From an uncultured Gammaproteobacteria bacterium (GTDB lineage Bacteria > Patescibacteriota > Patescibacteriia > 2-01-FULL-39-33), in the NCBI GenBank assembly GCA_964455185.1, contig CAYVUR010000003.1, forward strand, positions 1 to 52,829: a DNA stretch of 52,829 bases. Direction: 5' to 3'. Position numbers and translations under genes: made by a program. The stretch's first letter is position 1, and the number at the start of each line of letters is the position of its first letter. Shown here one piece after another: positions 17,135-27,456 of the stretch. Under the pieces are notes generated by a model, which searched no databases, was not told where the DNA came from, and was given only the letters and a program-made list of their open reading frames with translations.

Positions 17135-17695
17135 ATGCTTAAAAAAGAAGTAATAAAAAAACTCAAAGCTGGTAAAGTTGGAGTAATTCCCACTGATACA
17201 ATTTATGGTTTAGTGGGTCAAGCATTAAATCGCGAAACCGTAGAATTAATTTATGAGATTAAACAACGCAAACCGGAAAAACCTTTTATTATTTTAATTT
17301 CATTAATTGAAGAATTGAAATCTTTTGGCGTTAATATTTCTTTGAAAGAAAAAAAATTTTTAGATAAATATTGGCCAGGAGCTGTAAGTGTAATTTTATC
17401 TTGTAAATACGAAAAATTTAAATATCTACATCGTGGTACTAAAACTTTAGCATTTCGTTTACCTCAAAATAAATTTTTATTAGAAATAATTAAAGAAGTC
17501 GGCCCTTTAGTTGCTCCTTCAGCTAATCCAGAAGGCTTGCTTCCAGCAGAGAACATTAAACAAGCTAAAAAGTATTTTGGTAATAAAATTTTTTATTATG
17601 GTCGCGGTAAATTATCAACTACCCCATCTACTTTGGTTAGATTAATTAATGGAGAAGTTGAAATTTTAAGAGATGGTATTGTTAAAATTTATTAA
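17135..17695 (+). CDS. tsaC: L-threonylcarbamoyladenylate synthase, YrdC/TsaC type
   Basis: 186 aa. VIPTDTIYGL, KQRKPEKPFIIL, SANPEG. Confidence 0.85.
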   Translation: MLKKEVIKKLKAGKVGVIPTDTIYGLVGQALNRETVELIYEIKQRKPEKPFIILISLIEELKSFGVNISLKEKKFLDKYWPGAVSVILSCKYEKFKYLHRGTKTLAFRLPQNKFLLEIIKEVGPLVAPSANPEGLLPAENIKQAKKYFGNKIFYYGRGKLSTTPSTLVRLINGEVEILRDGIVKIY

Positions 17696-17742
17696 TTTAG
17701 ACTTATTAATAAAAAAATGTTATTATATTCATATAAAAATAT

Positions 17743-18699
17743 ATGTTAAAAAAGAAAAAATTTGATTTAGTTACTATTGGTGGTTCGACTGTGGATATTT
17801 CTTTTTATTCCAAAGAGGGGGAATTAATTTCTACTAGCAATGTTTCTAAACAAAAATTATTAGCTTTTGAATATGGGGCAAAAATTATTGCTGATAGAGT
17901 ATTTACTACGTGTGGTGGCGGAGCTTCTAATGTGGCAGTTTCTGCTTCGCGTTTAGGTTTAAAAACCGCTATTTTTTCTCGTATTGGTAGAGATGAAAAT
18001 GCTCGAATTATTTTAAGCAACTTAAAAGCTAATCAAGTTGATTCTTCATTTATTAAAATTGATCCTCAAGCATCAACTGCTTTTTCTATGATTCTTACTA
18101 TAGATAATCCTTCTAAGGAACATATTGCTTTTGTTCATCGAGGAGCTAATGCTAATTTTTCTTCTAAAGATTTAATGCTTAACAAAATTTCAACTGAATG
18201 GTTTTATGTCACTTCTTTACCACAAGATTTTTGGGAAGAAATTTTAGTTAAACTTATAGCAACCAAGAAAAAAATAGTATGGAATCCTGGCCACGAACAA
18301 TTAAAAGATATTTCAAAGATTAAAAAGTATTTATCTAATATTGAGATTTTAATAATAAATCGTGATGAGGCTTTAGAGTTTAGAAAATTAAAGAATATTA
18401 AAGGTTTAATAGCATATATTCATTCTCTTGGTCCTAAATTAGTTGTGGTTACTGATAGCGATAAAGGAGCCTATGTTTTTGATGGAAAAACTTATTATTT
18501 TATGAAAGCTAAATCTAGTAAAGTTGTAAATACTTTAGGAGTAGGAGATGCCTTTGGTTCAAGTTTGACTTCTGCGCTTATTTATGGTAAGAATATTAAA
18601 CAAGCTTTGATTTGGGGAATTACTAATTCTGCTTCAGTAGTATCTCATATTGGAGCTCAAAAAGGTTTATTAACCAAAAAACAAATAGATAAGAAATAA
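17743..18699 (+). CDS. PfkB-family carbohydrate/nucleoside kinase
   Basis: 318 aa. GGGASNVAV and C-terminal GVGDAFGSS motifs. Confidence 0.85.
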   Translation: MLKKKKFDLVTIGGSTVDISFYSKEGELISTSNVSKQKLLAFEYGAKIIADRVFTTCGGGASNVAVSASRLGLKTAIFSRIGRDENARIILSNLKANQVDSSFIKIDPQASTAFSMILTIDNPSKEHIAFVHRGANANFSSKDLMLNKISTEWFYVTSLPQDFWEEILVKLIATKKKIVWNPGHEQLKDISKIKKYLSNIEILIINRDEALEFRKLKNIKGLIAYIHSLGPKLVVVTDSDKGAYVFDGKTYYFMKAKSSKVVNTLGVGDAFGSSLTSALIYGKNIKQALIWGITNSASVVSHIGAQKGLLTKKQIDKK

Positions 18700-18794
18700 T
18701 GGTCCGAAAGGAAGGTGACGGGCCTTAAATGGTTCGTTATTTTATTTTTAATTAAATAATAAATTAATAATAAAAAATAACAAATTATAAAACT

Positions 18795-21458
18795 ATGTCT
18801 GAGACAAAGAAGTATGTTTATTCTTTTGAAGAGGGGAATAAAGATATGAAAGACCTTCTTGGTGGTAAAGGGGCCAATTTAGCTGAAATGACTAGCTTAG
18901 GCATTAATGTCCCCCCGGGTTTTACTATCACTACTGAAGTATGTGATCTTTATTACAAAAATGGTAAAGTACTAAGTCAAGAAGTAAAAGAACAAATCGC
19001 TATTAAACTTGATGAACTAGAAAAGAAAATGGGTAAAAGATTAGGAGACGCTAACGATCCTTTACTTGTATCGGTAAGATCTGGAGCTGCCGCTTCTTTA
19101 CCAGGCATGATGGATACGATTTTAAACTTAGGTCTAAACGATCAATCTGTATTAGGTTTAGCGGCTAAAACTAATAATCCTAGATTTGCTTGGGATTCCT
19201 ATCGACGTTTAATTCAAATGTATGGAGATGTTGTAATGGGAGTTGAACACGCTGAATTTGAACATATTTTAGAAAATGTTAAAGATACTAAAGGTGCTAG
19301 ATTTGATACTGATTTAACTACTGAAGATTTACAAGAAATAGTTGTTAAATATAAAGCAAAAATTAAAGAAGTAACAGGTATTGATTTTCCACAAAATCCA
19401 TTAGAACAATTAGCTGGAGCTATTAATGCCGTCTTTAATTCTTGGAATAATTATCGTGCGATTAGATATCGCCAAATTAATGATATTAAAGGATTAATTG
19501 GTACCGCTGTTAATATTCAAAGTATGGTGTTTGGTAATTTAGGAGAAGATTCTGGAACTGGTGTCTGTTTTACTCGAAATCCTTCAACTGGAGAAGCTAA
19601 ATTCTATGGAGAATATTTAATGAATGCTCAAGGTGAAGATGTAGTAGCTGGTATTAGAACTCCTTTGCCAGTTTCTAGTTTAGAAACTCAAAATCCAAGT
19701 GTTTATAAAGAATTAGTAGACACTTGCAATAAAGTTGAACAGCACTATCGTGATATGCAAGACATGGAATTTACCATTCAACAGGGAAAACTTTTTATTT
19801 TACAAACTAGAAATGGTAAACGTACTGCTACTGCCGCTGTTCGTATAGCAGTTGAATTAGTTAATGAAGGATTAATTTCTAAAGAAGAAGCAATTTTACG
19901 AGTTGACCCTAATGCTTTAAATCAACTATTACATAAACAACTTGACCCAATTGCTAAAGAGCAAGCCGAATGTATTGCCCAAGGTCTACCTGCTTCTCCT
20001 GGAGCAGCGGTTGGTGAAATTGTTTTTACAGCCGCTGAAGCTTATGAAAAAGCTCAATCTGGTTTAGATGTTATTTTAGTTCGTACTGAAACTTCTCCTG
20101 AAGATATTGATGGTATGCATAGCGCCAAAGGAATTTTAACTGCTCGCGGTGGTATGACTTCTCATGCCGCTGTGGTTGCTCGTGGTATGGGTACTTGTTG
20201 TGTTGCCGGTTGCGCTGATTTAATTATAGATGAAAAAGCAAAAACTTTAATTATTAAAGATAAAGGAATTACTTTAAGAGAGGGTGATTTTATTACTTTA
20301 GATGGATCTACTGGAAAAGTCTATTTAGGTAAAGTTGCTACTAAAGATCCTGAATTATCAGGAAATTTTGGCACTTTGATGGGTTGGGCTGATGAAATTA
20401 GAAAAATTGGTGTTAGAACTAATGCTGATACACCTCATGATGCTGCTGTTGCTAGAAAGTTTGGTGCTGAAGGTATTGGACTTTGTCGTACCGAGCATAT
20501 GTTTTTTGATGGTGACCGCATTAAAGCGGTTCGTGAAATGATTTTAGCTACTAATATTGAGGGACGGAAGAAGGCTTTAGCTAAATTATTACCTTATCAG
20601 AAAGAAGATTTTATTGGATTATTTAAGGCTATGGATGGTTATGCTGTTACAATTCGTTTACTTGATCCGCCTTTACATGAGTTTTTACCACAAGAAGAAA
20701 AAGATATTTACGAATTGGCTCGGGAAATGGAAGTTGATGTTGGAACTCTAAAAGCTAAAATTGCTGATTTACACGAATTTAATCCAATGTTAGGTCATCG
20801 TGGTTGTCGTTTAGCTATAACTTATCCAGAAATTTATGATATGCAAGTTACAGCTATTATTGAAGCGGCTATTGAAGTTGCGGCTCCTTGTTCTAATTGT
20901 GGTCGAGTTACAATAGTTAAACCAGAAATTATGATTCCTTTGGTAGCTACTACTAAAGAATTTTCTATATTGAAAGAGAGAATTATTAAAATTATTGAGA
21001 ACAAAATGGCTGAAGCTGGAGTTAATATTGAATATAAAATTGGTACGATGATTGAAGTTCCTCGCGCCGCTTTAGTAGCTGATAAGATTGTTGCCAATGG
21101 AGCTGAATTTTTCTCTTTCGGCACCAATGATTTAACTCAAATGGGCGCTGGTTTATCAAGAGATGATGCTGGAAAGTTTTTGAAAGAATATGTAGCGCAA
21201 GGTATTTATGAATATGATCCTTTTGAGGTGCTTGATCAAGAAGGAATTGGTGAATTAATTCGTATTGCTATAAATAAAGGTAGAAGTATTAAATCTGATT
21301 TGAAAGTAGGCATTTGTGGTGAACATGGGGGTGAACCAAAAACTGTTGAATTTTGTCATAGAGAGGGCTTTAATTATGTTTCATGTTCTCCATTTAGGGT
21401 GCCTATTGCTAGGTTGGCGGCAGCTCAAGCTGTAGTTAAAGAAAAAAATAAGAAATAA
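18795..21458 (+). CDS. ppdK: Pyruvate, phosphate dikinase
   Basis: 887 aa. GGKGANLAEM, phospho-His region GGMTSHAAVVARGMG, PEP-utiliser C-domain GICGEHGG. Confidence 0.97.
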   Translation: MSETKKYVYSFEEGNKDMKDLLGGKGANLAEMTSLGINVPPGFTITTEVCDLYYKNGKVLSQEVKEQIAIKLDELEKKMGKRLGDANDPLLVSVRSGAAASLPGMMDTILNLGLNDQSVLGLAAKTNNPRFAWDSYRRLIQMYGDVVMGVEHAEFEHILENVKDTKGARFDTDLTTEDLQEIVVKYKAKIKEVTGIDFPQNPLEQLAGAINAVFNSWNNYRAIRYRQINDIKGLIGTAVNIQSMVFGNLGEDSGTGVCFTRNPSTGEAKFYGEYLMNAQGEDVVAGIRTPLPVSSLETQNPSVYKELVDTCNKVEQHYRDMQDMEFTIQQGKLFILQTRNGKRTATAAVRIAVELVNEGLISKEEAILRVDPNALNQLLHKQLDPIAKEQAECIAQGLPASPGAAVGEIVFTAAEAYEKAQSGLDVILVRTETSPEDIDGMHSAKGILTARGGMTSHAAVVARGMGTCCVAGCADLIIDEKAKTLIIKDKGITLREGDFITLDGSTGKVYLGKVATKDPELSGNFGTLMGWADEIRKIGVRTNADTPHDAAVARKFGAEGIGLCRTEHMFFDGDRIKAVREMILATNIEGRKKALAKLLPYQKEDFIGLFKAMDGYAVTIRLLDPPLHEFLPQEEKDIYELAREMEVDVGTLKAKIADLHEFNPMLGHRGCRLAITYPEIYDMQVTAIIEAAIEVAAPCSNCGRVTIVKPEIMIPLVATTKEFSILKERIIKIIENKMAEAGVNIEYKIGTMIEVPRAALVADKIVANGAEFFSFGTNDLTQMGAGLSRDDAGKFLKEYVAQGIYEYDPFEVLDQEGIGELIRIAINKGRSIKSDLKVGICGEHGGEPKTVEFCHREGFNYVSCSPFRVPIARLAAAQAVVKEKNKK

Positions 21459-21473
21459 TTAAAAGTTTTTAAC

Positions 21474-21510
21474 AAAAAATCCCAGATTTTTTCTGGGATT
21501 TTTTGTTTTT
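21474..21510 (+). terminator. Intrinsic terminator after ppdK
   Basis: AAAAAATCCCAGA(21474-21486)/TCTGGGATTTTTT(21492-21504). Confidence 0.8.
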
Positions 21511-21549
21511 AAAGTTTTTTTATGTTAATATTTTAATATATTAAAATAT

Positions 21550-23622
21550 ATGCATCAATTACAAAAATTATTTTCTCCATCAATAATTGCAGTGATAGGA
21601 GCCTCAGCTAATAAAGGTAAGGTTGGTAATGATGTTTTATTAAATGTTAAAAATACTGGACAAGCTGTAATTTATCCAATTAATCCTAAAGATGATTTTA
21701 TTGAAGGATTAAAAGCTTATAAATCTATTTTAGATACTCCTAAAATTCCGGATTTAGCTATTATAGTTGTTCCAGCAATTATTGTTCCTAAAGTTGTTGA
21801 AGAGTGTGGCCAAAAAGGTTGTAAAAATATTGTAATAATTTCTGCTGGTTTTAAAGAAAGCGGCAAAGAAGGAGAAAAATTAGAAGAAGAAATAAAAGAA
21901 TTAGCCAAAAAATATAAATTAGTAATATTAGGACCTAATTGTTTAGGTTATATTGCCACTAATCAATCAGTTAATGCTTCGTTTGCCGCTACTTATCCTA
22001 AAAAAGGAAATGTGGCTTTTTTATCACAATCAGGAGCTTTAGGAACTGCAATTTTAGATATGGCTGAAGCTCAAAATTTTGGCTTATCTTATTTTGTTAG
22101 TTTAGGCAATAAGGCTGGCATTTCTGAATTAGAATTATTAGATTATTTTGCCGAAGATAAAAAAACTAAAGTAATTTTAATGTATTTAGAATCAATTACT
22201 GATGGCTTAAAGTTCATTGAAACAGCAAAAAAAATAACTAAAAAGAAACCGATTATTGTATTAAAATCAGGTAAAACTTCAGAAGGCAGTAGGGCGGTAT
22301 CTTCTCATACTGGATCTTTAGCTGGTATGTCTGCTTCTTATAGCGCCGCTTTTAAACAAGCGGGAATAATTGAAGCTGAAGATTTAATAGATTTTTTTGA
22401 ATTAGCTAAAGCTTTTTCTTATCAAAATTTACCCCAAGGTGATAAAGTAGCAATAATAACTAATGCTGGTGGCCCGGGGATTATGATTACTGATTGGTTA
22501 ATAAAATATGGATTAAAGTTAGCGCAACTTTCCAATAAAACAAAAAATAGTTTATTTAAATTATTACCACCCGCTTCTAATATTCATAACCCCGTTGATT
22601 TATTGGGTGATGCTTTAGCGGATCGTTATCAGTCAGCGTTGGATTTGATTATTCAAGATAAAAATGTTGATTCAATTATTGTAGCTTTAACGCCTCAAAA
22701 AATGACACAAATAAAAGAAACAGCAGAAATTATTGGTAAGATTTCTCGTCAATATAATAAGCCAATAATTTTATGTTTTATGGGCGAAAAAAAGATTATA
22801 GATAATTATGAAATTTTTTCTAAATATTCTTTACCACAATTTAATTATCCTTTGGCGGCAGTAAGAGCTTTATCTATTATGCGACGCCAATATTTATGGC
22901 AACAAGAAAAGATAATTAAATTAAATTCAGTTAAAATAGTAAAGTCAAATAAAATAAAACAAATACTTTCTAAAAATAATTTAAACGAAGAATTTTGTCG
23001 TACAATTTTAATAGAAAATAAATTTCCTTTACATTTAGCTTTGGCTGTTAAAAATTCTAAAGAAGCAATTAAGGTTGCTTCAAAAATCGGTTATCCCTTG
23101 GCAGTTAAAGTTATTTCCCAACAAATAATACACAAATCAGATGTTGGAGGTGTTAAGGTTGGCGTTAATAATGAAAAACAATTATTAGAAGCTATTTCTC
23201 AAATTGAAAAAAATGTTAAAAATAAAAATCCAAAAGCGATAATCGATGGTTATTTAATTGGGGAAATGGTTTCTGGTTTACAAATTATTGCGGGCATGAA
23301 ACGAGATCCACAATTTGGACCTTTAATTATGGTTGGTTTAGGTGGCATTTATACAGAAATTTTTAAAGATGTTGTTTTTAGAGTTGTTCCTTTTAATTTA
23401 ATTGAAGCCAATAAAATGATTGAAGAATTAAAAATATATCCTATAATTTATGGAAGTCGAGGACAAAAACCATTAGATCAAAAAGCTTTAGCTGAATTAT
23501 TAGTTAAGCTAGCCAATTTTTCTTTAGCTTACCCAGAAATATCGGAAATTGATTTAAATCCAGTGATAGTTTTAGAAAAAGGGAGAGGAGTAAAAATTGT
23601 TGATGTTAGAATGATGAAATAA
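21550..23622 (+). CDS. ADP-forming acetyl-CoA synthetase (acetate--CoA ligase), fused alpha/beta
   Basis: 690 aa. N-terminal CoA-binding and succinyl-CoA-synthetase-like ligase part (SQSGALG, SHTGSLAG). C-terminal ATP-grasp part (GYPLAVKVIS..HKSDVGGV). Confidence 0.88.
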   Translation: MHQLQKLFSPSIIAVIGASANKGKVGNDVLLNVKNTGQAVIYPINPKDDFIEGLKAYKSILDTPKIPDLAIIVVPAIIVPKVVEECGQKGCKNIVIISAGFKESGKEGEKLEEEIKELAKKYKLVILGPNCLGYIATNQSVNASFAATYPKKGNVAFLSQSGALGTAILDMAEAQNFGLSYFVSLGNKAGISELELLDYFAEDKKTKVILMYLESITDGLKFIETAKKITKKKPIIVLKSGKTSEGSRAVSSHTGSLAGMSASYSAAFKQAGIIEAEDLIDFFELAKAFSYQNLPQGDKVAIITNAGGPGIMITDWLIKYGLKLAQLSNKTKNSLFKLLPPASNIHNPVDLLGDALADRYQSALDLIIQDKNVDSIIVALTPQKMTQIKETAEIIGKISRQYNKPIILCFMGEKKIIDNYEIFSKYSLPQFNYPLAAVRALSIMRRQYLWQQEKIIKLNSVKIVKSNKIKQILSKNNLNEEFCRTILIENKFPLHLALAVKNSKEAIKVASKIGYPLAVKVISQQIIHKSDVGGVKVGVNNEKQLLEAISQIEKNVKNKNPKAIIDGYLIGEMVSGLQIIAGMKRDPQFGPLIMVGLGGIYTEIFKDVVFRVVPFNLIEANKMIEELKIYPIIYGSRGQKPLDQKALAELLVKLANFSLAYPEISEIDLNPVIVLEKGRGVKIVDVRMMK

Positions 23623-23631
23623 TTTTATTAA

Positions 23632-25338
23632 ATGTTTAATTCTTTTATAAAGAAAATTACTAAACAATCACAATCAATAACTTCGGCCGCTATTGTTATT
23701 GGGGGACTTTCAATTGTTAGCCGTTTATTAGGAATTTTTCGTGATCACATCTTGGCTGGTAAATTTGGTGCTGGAGATGAGTTAGATATTTATTATGCCG
23801 CTTTTCGTTTGCCAGACATGGTTTATAATCTTTTAATTTTAGGTGCGGTTTCAGCTGGTTTAATTCCAGTTTTTACTGCTTTATTAACTAAAGATAAGGA
23901 AGATGAAGCCTGGAAATTAATTAATAGCATTCTTAATTTATTATCGGTTGCTTTGGCAATTACTTGTATGATTTTATTTTTTTCTGCTCCTTGGCTTATA
24001 CCTTTAATAACCCCGGGGTTTTCTAATGAAAAAATGACTCAGGTTATTGCTATGTCACAAATTATGTTTTTGAGTCCATTTTTTCTCGGTCTTTCAGCTA
24101 TTTTTTCTTCTATTTTGCAATCTTTTCGTAAATTTTTATTATATTCTTTAGCTCCATTATTTTATAATTTTGGTATTATTATTGGAGCTTTATATTTTGT
24201 AAAAATTTTAGGCATTTATGGTTTAGCTTGGGGTGTAGTTTTGGGAGCTTTAATGCATATGATAATTCAGTTATTACCAATTTTTTCTGTTGGTTTTAGA
24301 TATCGTTTTGATTTTAATTGGCGTGATAAAAATGTAATTAAAGTAGTAGCCATGATGATTCCTCGTACTTTGTCTTTAGCTGTTAGTCAAATTAATTTTG
24401 TTATTATTACTGTTATCGCTTCAACTTTAGCAGCCGGATCAATCGCTATTTTTAATTTGTCTAATAATCTTCAAAATTTTCCTTTAGGAATTTTTGGAGT
24501 TTCTTTTGGTGTAGCCGCTTTGCCTATACTTTCTAGTTTATTTGCTGATAAAAAAATTAATGAATTTATAACAACAATTTCTACTACTTTTAATCAAATT
24601 ATGTTTTTTATTTTGCCGGCCTCAGCTTTATTTTATGTTTTACGCGCTCAAATTGTTCGTGTTATATTGGGTTCGGGAAATTTTGATTGGTATGATACTC
24701 GTTTAACTGCCGCTTGTTTGGCTATTTTTTGTTTAGGTTTATTTGCTCAAAGTAGCTATCCTTTAATTATTAGAAGTTTTTATGCTATGCATAATACTAA
24801 AACCCCGTTTTTTATTGGATTAGCAACTATGATAATTAGTTTTTTTTCATTATTAGTTTTCCGCTGGTTTTTTAGTTTTAATAATTGGTTTTCTTTTTTT
24901 ATTATCGCTATCCTTCGTTTAGATGATTTATGGGGATTAGTTGATTTTAGAGTTTTAGCTTTACCTTCAGCCATTGTTGTTTCTTCAATTTTTGAATTAT
25001 TTATGCTTTTTATAATTTTACGTTTGCAGGTAGGAAAAATTAACGGAGTAAAAATTATTAAATCTGTGTCTCGAATTATTTTTGCCTCATTAGGAGCTGG
25101 ATTATTTACTTATGCCGCTCTTCAATTTTTTGATATTTTAGTTCCTACAGAAAAAGTCTGGGGTATTTTTACTCAAGGAACAATTGCTGGAATTTTAGGT
25201 TGTTTAGGCTATTTTTTATTAGGTTATTTATTAAATATAGAAGAAATGGAAGTGTTTATTTCTTCAATGAAACGTAAATTATTGAAATCTGCGGTAATTA
25301 TGGCTGAAGATAATATTGGAGAAGGAGATAAAGGTTAA
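23632..25338 (+). CDS. murJ: Lipid II flippase MurJ (MviN)
   Basis: 568 aa polytopic protein. SRLLGIFRDHILAGKFGAGDELDIYYAAFRLP N-terminal signature. Confidence 0.9.
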   Translation: MFNSFIKKITKQSQSITSAAIVIGGLSIVSRLLGIFRDHILAGKFGAGDELDIYYAAFRLPDMVYNLLILGAVSAGLIPVFTALLTKDKEDEAWKLINSILNLLSVALAITCMILFFSAPWLIPLITPGFSNEKMTQVIAMSQIMFLSPFFLGLSAIFSSILQSFRKFLLYSLAPLFYNFGIIIGALYFVKILGIYGLAWGVVLGALMHMIIQLLPIFSVGFRYRFDFNWRDKNVIKVVAMMIPRTLSLAVSQINFVIITVIASTLAAGSIAIFNLSNNLQNFPLGIFGVSFGVAALPILSSLFADKKINEFITTISTTFNQIMFFILPASALFYVLRAQIVRVILGSGNFDWYDTRLTAACLAIFCLGLFAQSSYPLIIRSFYAMHNTKTPFFIGLATMIISFFSLLVFRWFFSFNNWFSFFIIAILRLDDLWGLVDFRVLALPSAIVVSSIFELFMLFIILRLQVGKINGVKIIKSVSRIIFASLGAGLFTYAALQFFDILVPTEKVWGIFTQGTIAGILGCLGYFLLGYLLNIEEMEVFISSMKRKLLKSAVIMAEDNIGEGDKG

Positions 25339-25472
25339 TGTAATACTTTAATAATACTTTACATCAAATTAATACCAAAATAATTTATAGAAAATTCTCA
25401 AAATGGGAATTTTTTATATTTGAAAAAAAAGTCTTTTTTTGTTAAGATTGGCTTAATAATTATAATTATAAA

Positions 25473-27245
25473 ATGTTTTCTAAAATACGTAATTTTTGTA
25501 TTATTGCTCATATTGACCACGGTAAGTCAACTTTAGCTGACCGTATGCTTGAAATTACTGGGACTATAAGTAAAAGAGAAATGAAAGATCAACTTTTAGA
25601 TCAAATGGATATTGAACGCGAGAGGGGTATTACTATTAAATTGACCCCAGTACGCATGAATTATCAGGACTATGAATTAAATTTAATTGATACACCGGGA
25701 CATGTTGATTTTACTTATGAGGTTTCTCGTAGTTTATATGCAGTTGAGGGAGCAATTCTTCTAGTTGACGCTTCACAAGGCATACAAGCTCAAACTTTGG
25801 CTAATTTATATTTAGCCTTAGATGCTAATTTGGTAATTATTCCAGTTTTAAATAAAGTTGATTTACCAGCCGCTCAACCAGAAAAAGTAGCAGAAGAAAT
25901 TTGTAATTTATTAGGTTGTGATAAAAGTGAAATACTTAAAGTTTCTGGTAAAACTGGATTAGGAGTTAATGAACTTTTAGCCGAAGTAATTAAAAGAATT
26001 CCACCACCTAAAATTACTTTAGAAAAACCCTTAAGAGCTTTAATTTTTGATTCAGTTTACGATGAATATCGTGGTGTAATTGCTTATGTGCGTGTTTTTG
26101 ATGGTAGTGTTAAAGCTGGCGATAAAATAAAATTAGTGTCTAATAATTTACCAGTTGAAGCTTTAGAAGTTGGTCATTTTTCTCCTAAATTTATTAAAGA
26201 TTCTTTAATTAATTCAGGAGAAATAGGGTATATTATAACTGGCTTACATGATGTTTCTCAATGTCCAGTTGGTGATACTATTAGTTTACAAGGAGAAGAT
26301 GTTGAACCACTGCCGGGTTATAAACAAGTTAAACCAATGGTTTATGCTGGAATTTTTTGTAAAGATGGTTCAGATTTTAATAAATTACGTGAAGCAATAG
26401 AAAAGTTAAAAATGAATGATGCGGCTTTAAGTTATGAGCCAGAAAATTCTTCTGCTTTAGGATTTGGTTTTCGTTGTGGTTTTTTGGGTTTACTTCATTT
26501 AGAAATTTTTCAAGAACGTTTAAAAAGAGAATTTAATTTAGAATTAGTTGTTACTATTCCTAGTGTTGTTTATAAAGTTTATCTAAGTGATGGAACAATT
26601 AAAGATATTTATAATCCTCAAGAATTTCCTGATCCAAGTCGTATTAAATATGTAGAAGAACCAATAATGAAAGTTGATATTTTTAGTCCTAAAAATTATT
26701 TAGGAGCTATTATGCAATTAGCTACGGAAAAAAGAGGAGTTTATATCAATACTGAATATTTAGATCAGGATTTAGTGATCCTACATTATTATGTACCTTT
26801 AACTCAATTAATTGTTGATTTTTATGATCGCTTGAAGTCAGTTTCTTCTGGTTACGCTTCTCTTAATTATGATTTTTATGGTTACGAAAAAGCTGAGGTA
26901 GTAAAAATGGATATTTTGGTAGCCGAAGAAAAAATAGAGGCTTTATCTTTGATAACTTATAAAGATACTATGCAACAAGTTGGTAAAAAAATAGTTAATA
27001 CCCTTAAAGAAACATTGCCTCGTCAACAATTTGTAATTAAACTCCAAGCGGCAGTTGGAGGAAAGATTATTGCCGCAGAACGTATTTCTGCTTTGCGTAA
27101 AGATGTAACCGCCCATTTATATGGTGGCGATTGGACTAGGCGCGCTAAACTTTTAGAAAAACAAAAAAAAGGCAAAAAGAAAATGATGTCTTTAGGTAAA
27201 GTTGATATACCAACTGATACTTTTTTAGCGGTTTTAAAAAAATAA
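25473..27245 (+). CDS. lepA: Elongation factor 4 (LepA)
   Basis: IRNFCIIAHIDHGKSTLADR, DTPGHVDF, NKVDL, LepA C-terminal domain. 590 aa. Confidence 0.97.
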   Translation: MFSKIRNFCIIAHIDHGKSTLADRMLEITGTISKREMKDQLLDQMDIERERGITIKLTPVRMNYQDYELNLIDTPGHVDFTYEVSRSLYAVEGAILLVDASQGIQAQTLANLYLALDANLVIIPVLNKVDLPAAQPEKVAEEICNLLGCDKSEILKVSGKTGLGVNELLAEVIKRIPPPKITLEKPLRALIFDSVYDEYRGVIAYVRVFDGSVKAGDKIKLVSNNLPVEALEVGHFSPKFIKDSLINSGEIGYIITGLHDVSQCPVGDTISLQGEDVEPLPGYKQVKPMVYAGIFCKDGSDFNKLREAIEKLKMNDAALSYEPENSSALGFGFRCGFLGLLHLEIFQERLKREFNLELVVTIPSVVYKVYLSDGTIKDIYNPQEFPDPSRIKYVEEPIMKVDIFSPKNYLGAIMQLATEKRGVYINTEYLDQDLVILHYYVPLTQLIVDFYDRLKSVSSGYASLNYDFYGYEKAEVVKMDILVAEEKIEALSLITYKDTMQQVGKKIVNTLKETLPRQQFVIKLQAAVGGKIIAAERISALRKDVTAHLYGGDWTRRAKLLEKQKKGKKKMMSLGKVDIPTDTFLAVLKK

Positions 27246-27262
27246 AACCCTTAAAAGGGTTT
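27245..27262. terminator. Palindromic hairpin after lepA (weak terminator)
   Basis: AAACCCTT-aa-AAGGGTTT. The flanking A/T runs are imperfect. Confidence 0.4.
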
Positions 27263-27301
27263 AAATAAAAAAGTTTTAGAATTTAATTTATTTTTAATTA
27301 T

Positions 27302-27409
27302 TTAAAAATTTAAAAAAGGAATAATTGTAAAAGCAATCATAGAAAAAATCATAATAATTACGATTATTGTCCAAGAAATTTTAATGAGTTTTCTCTTTTT
27401 TATTTTCAT
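27302..27409 (-). CDS. Speculative 35-aa single-TM peptide
   Basis: My own translation: MKIKKRKLIKISWTIIVIIMIFSMIAFTIIPFLNF*. It sits in the otherwise empty lepA-recJ spacer. No homology evidence. Confidence 0.25.
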   Translation of the reverse strand: MKIKKRKLIKISWTIIVIIMIFSMIAFTIIPFLNF

Positions 27410-27456
27410 ATCATAAATTATAATTCTTTTTGAAATATTGTCAATTTAAAGTTTTT

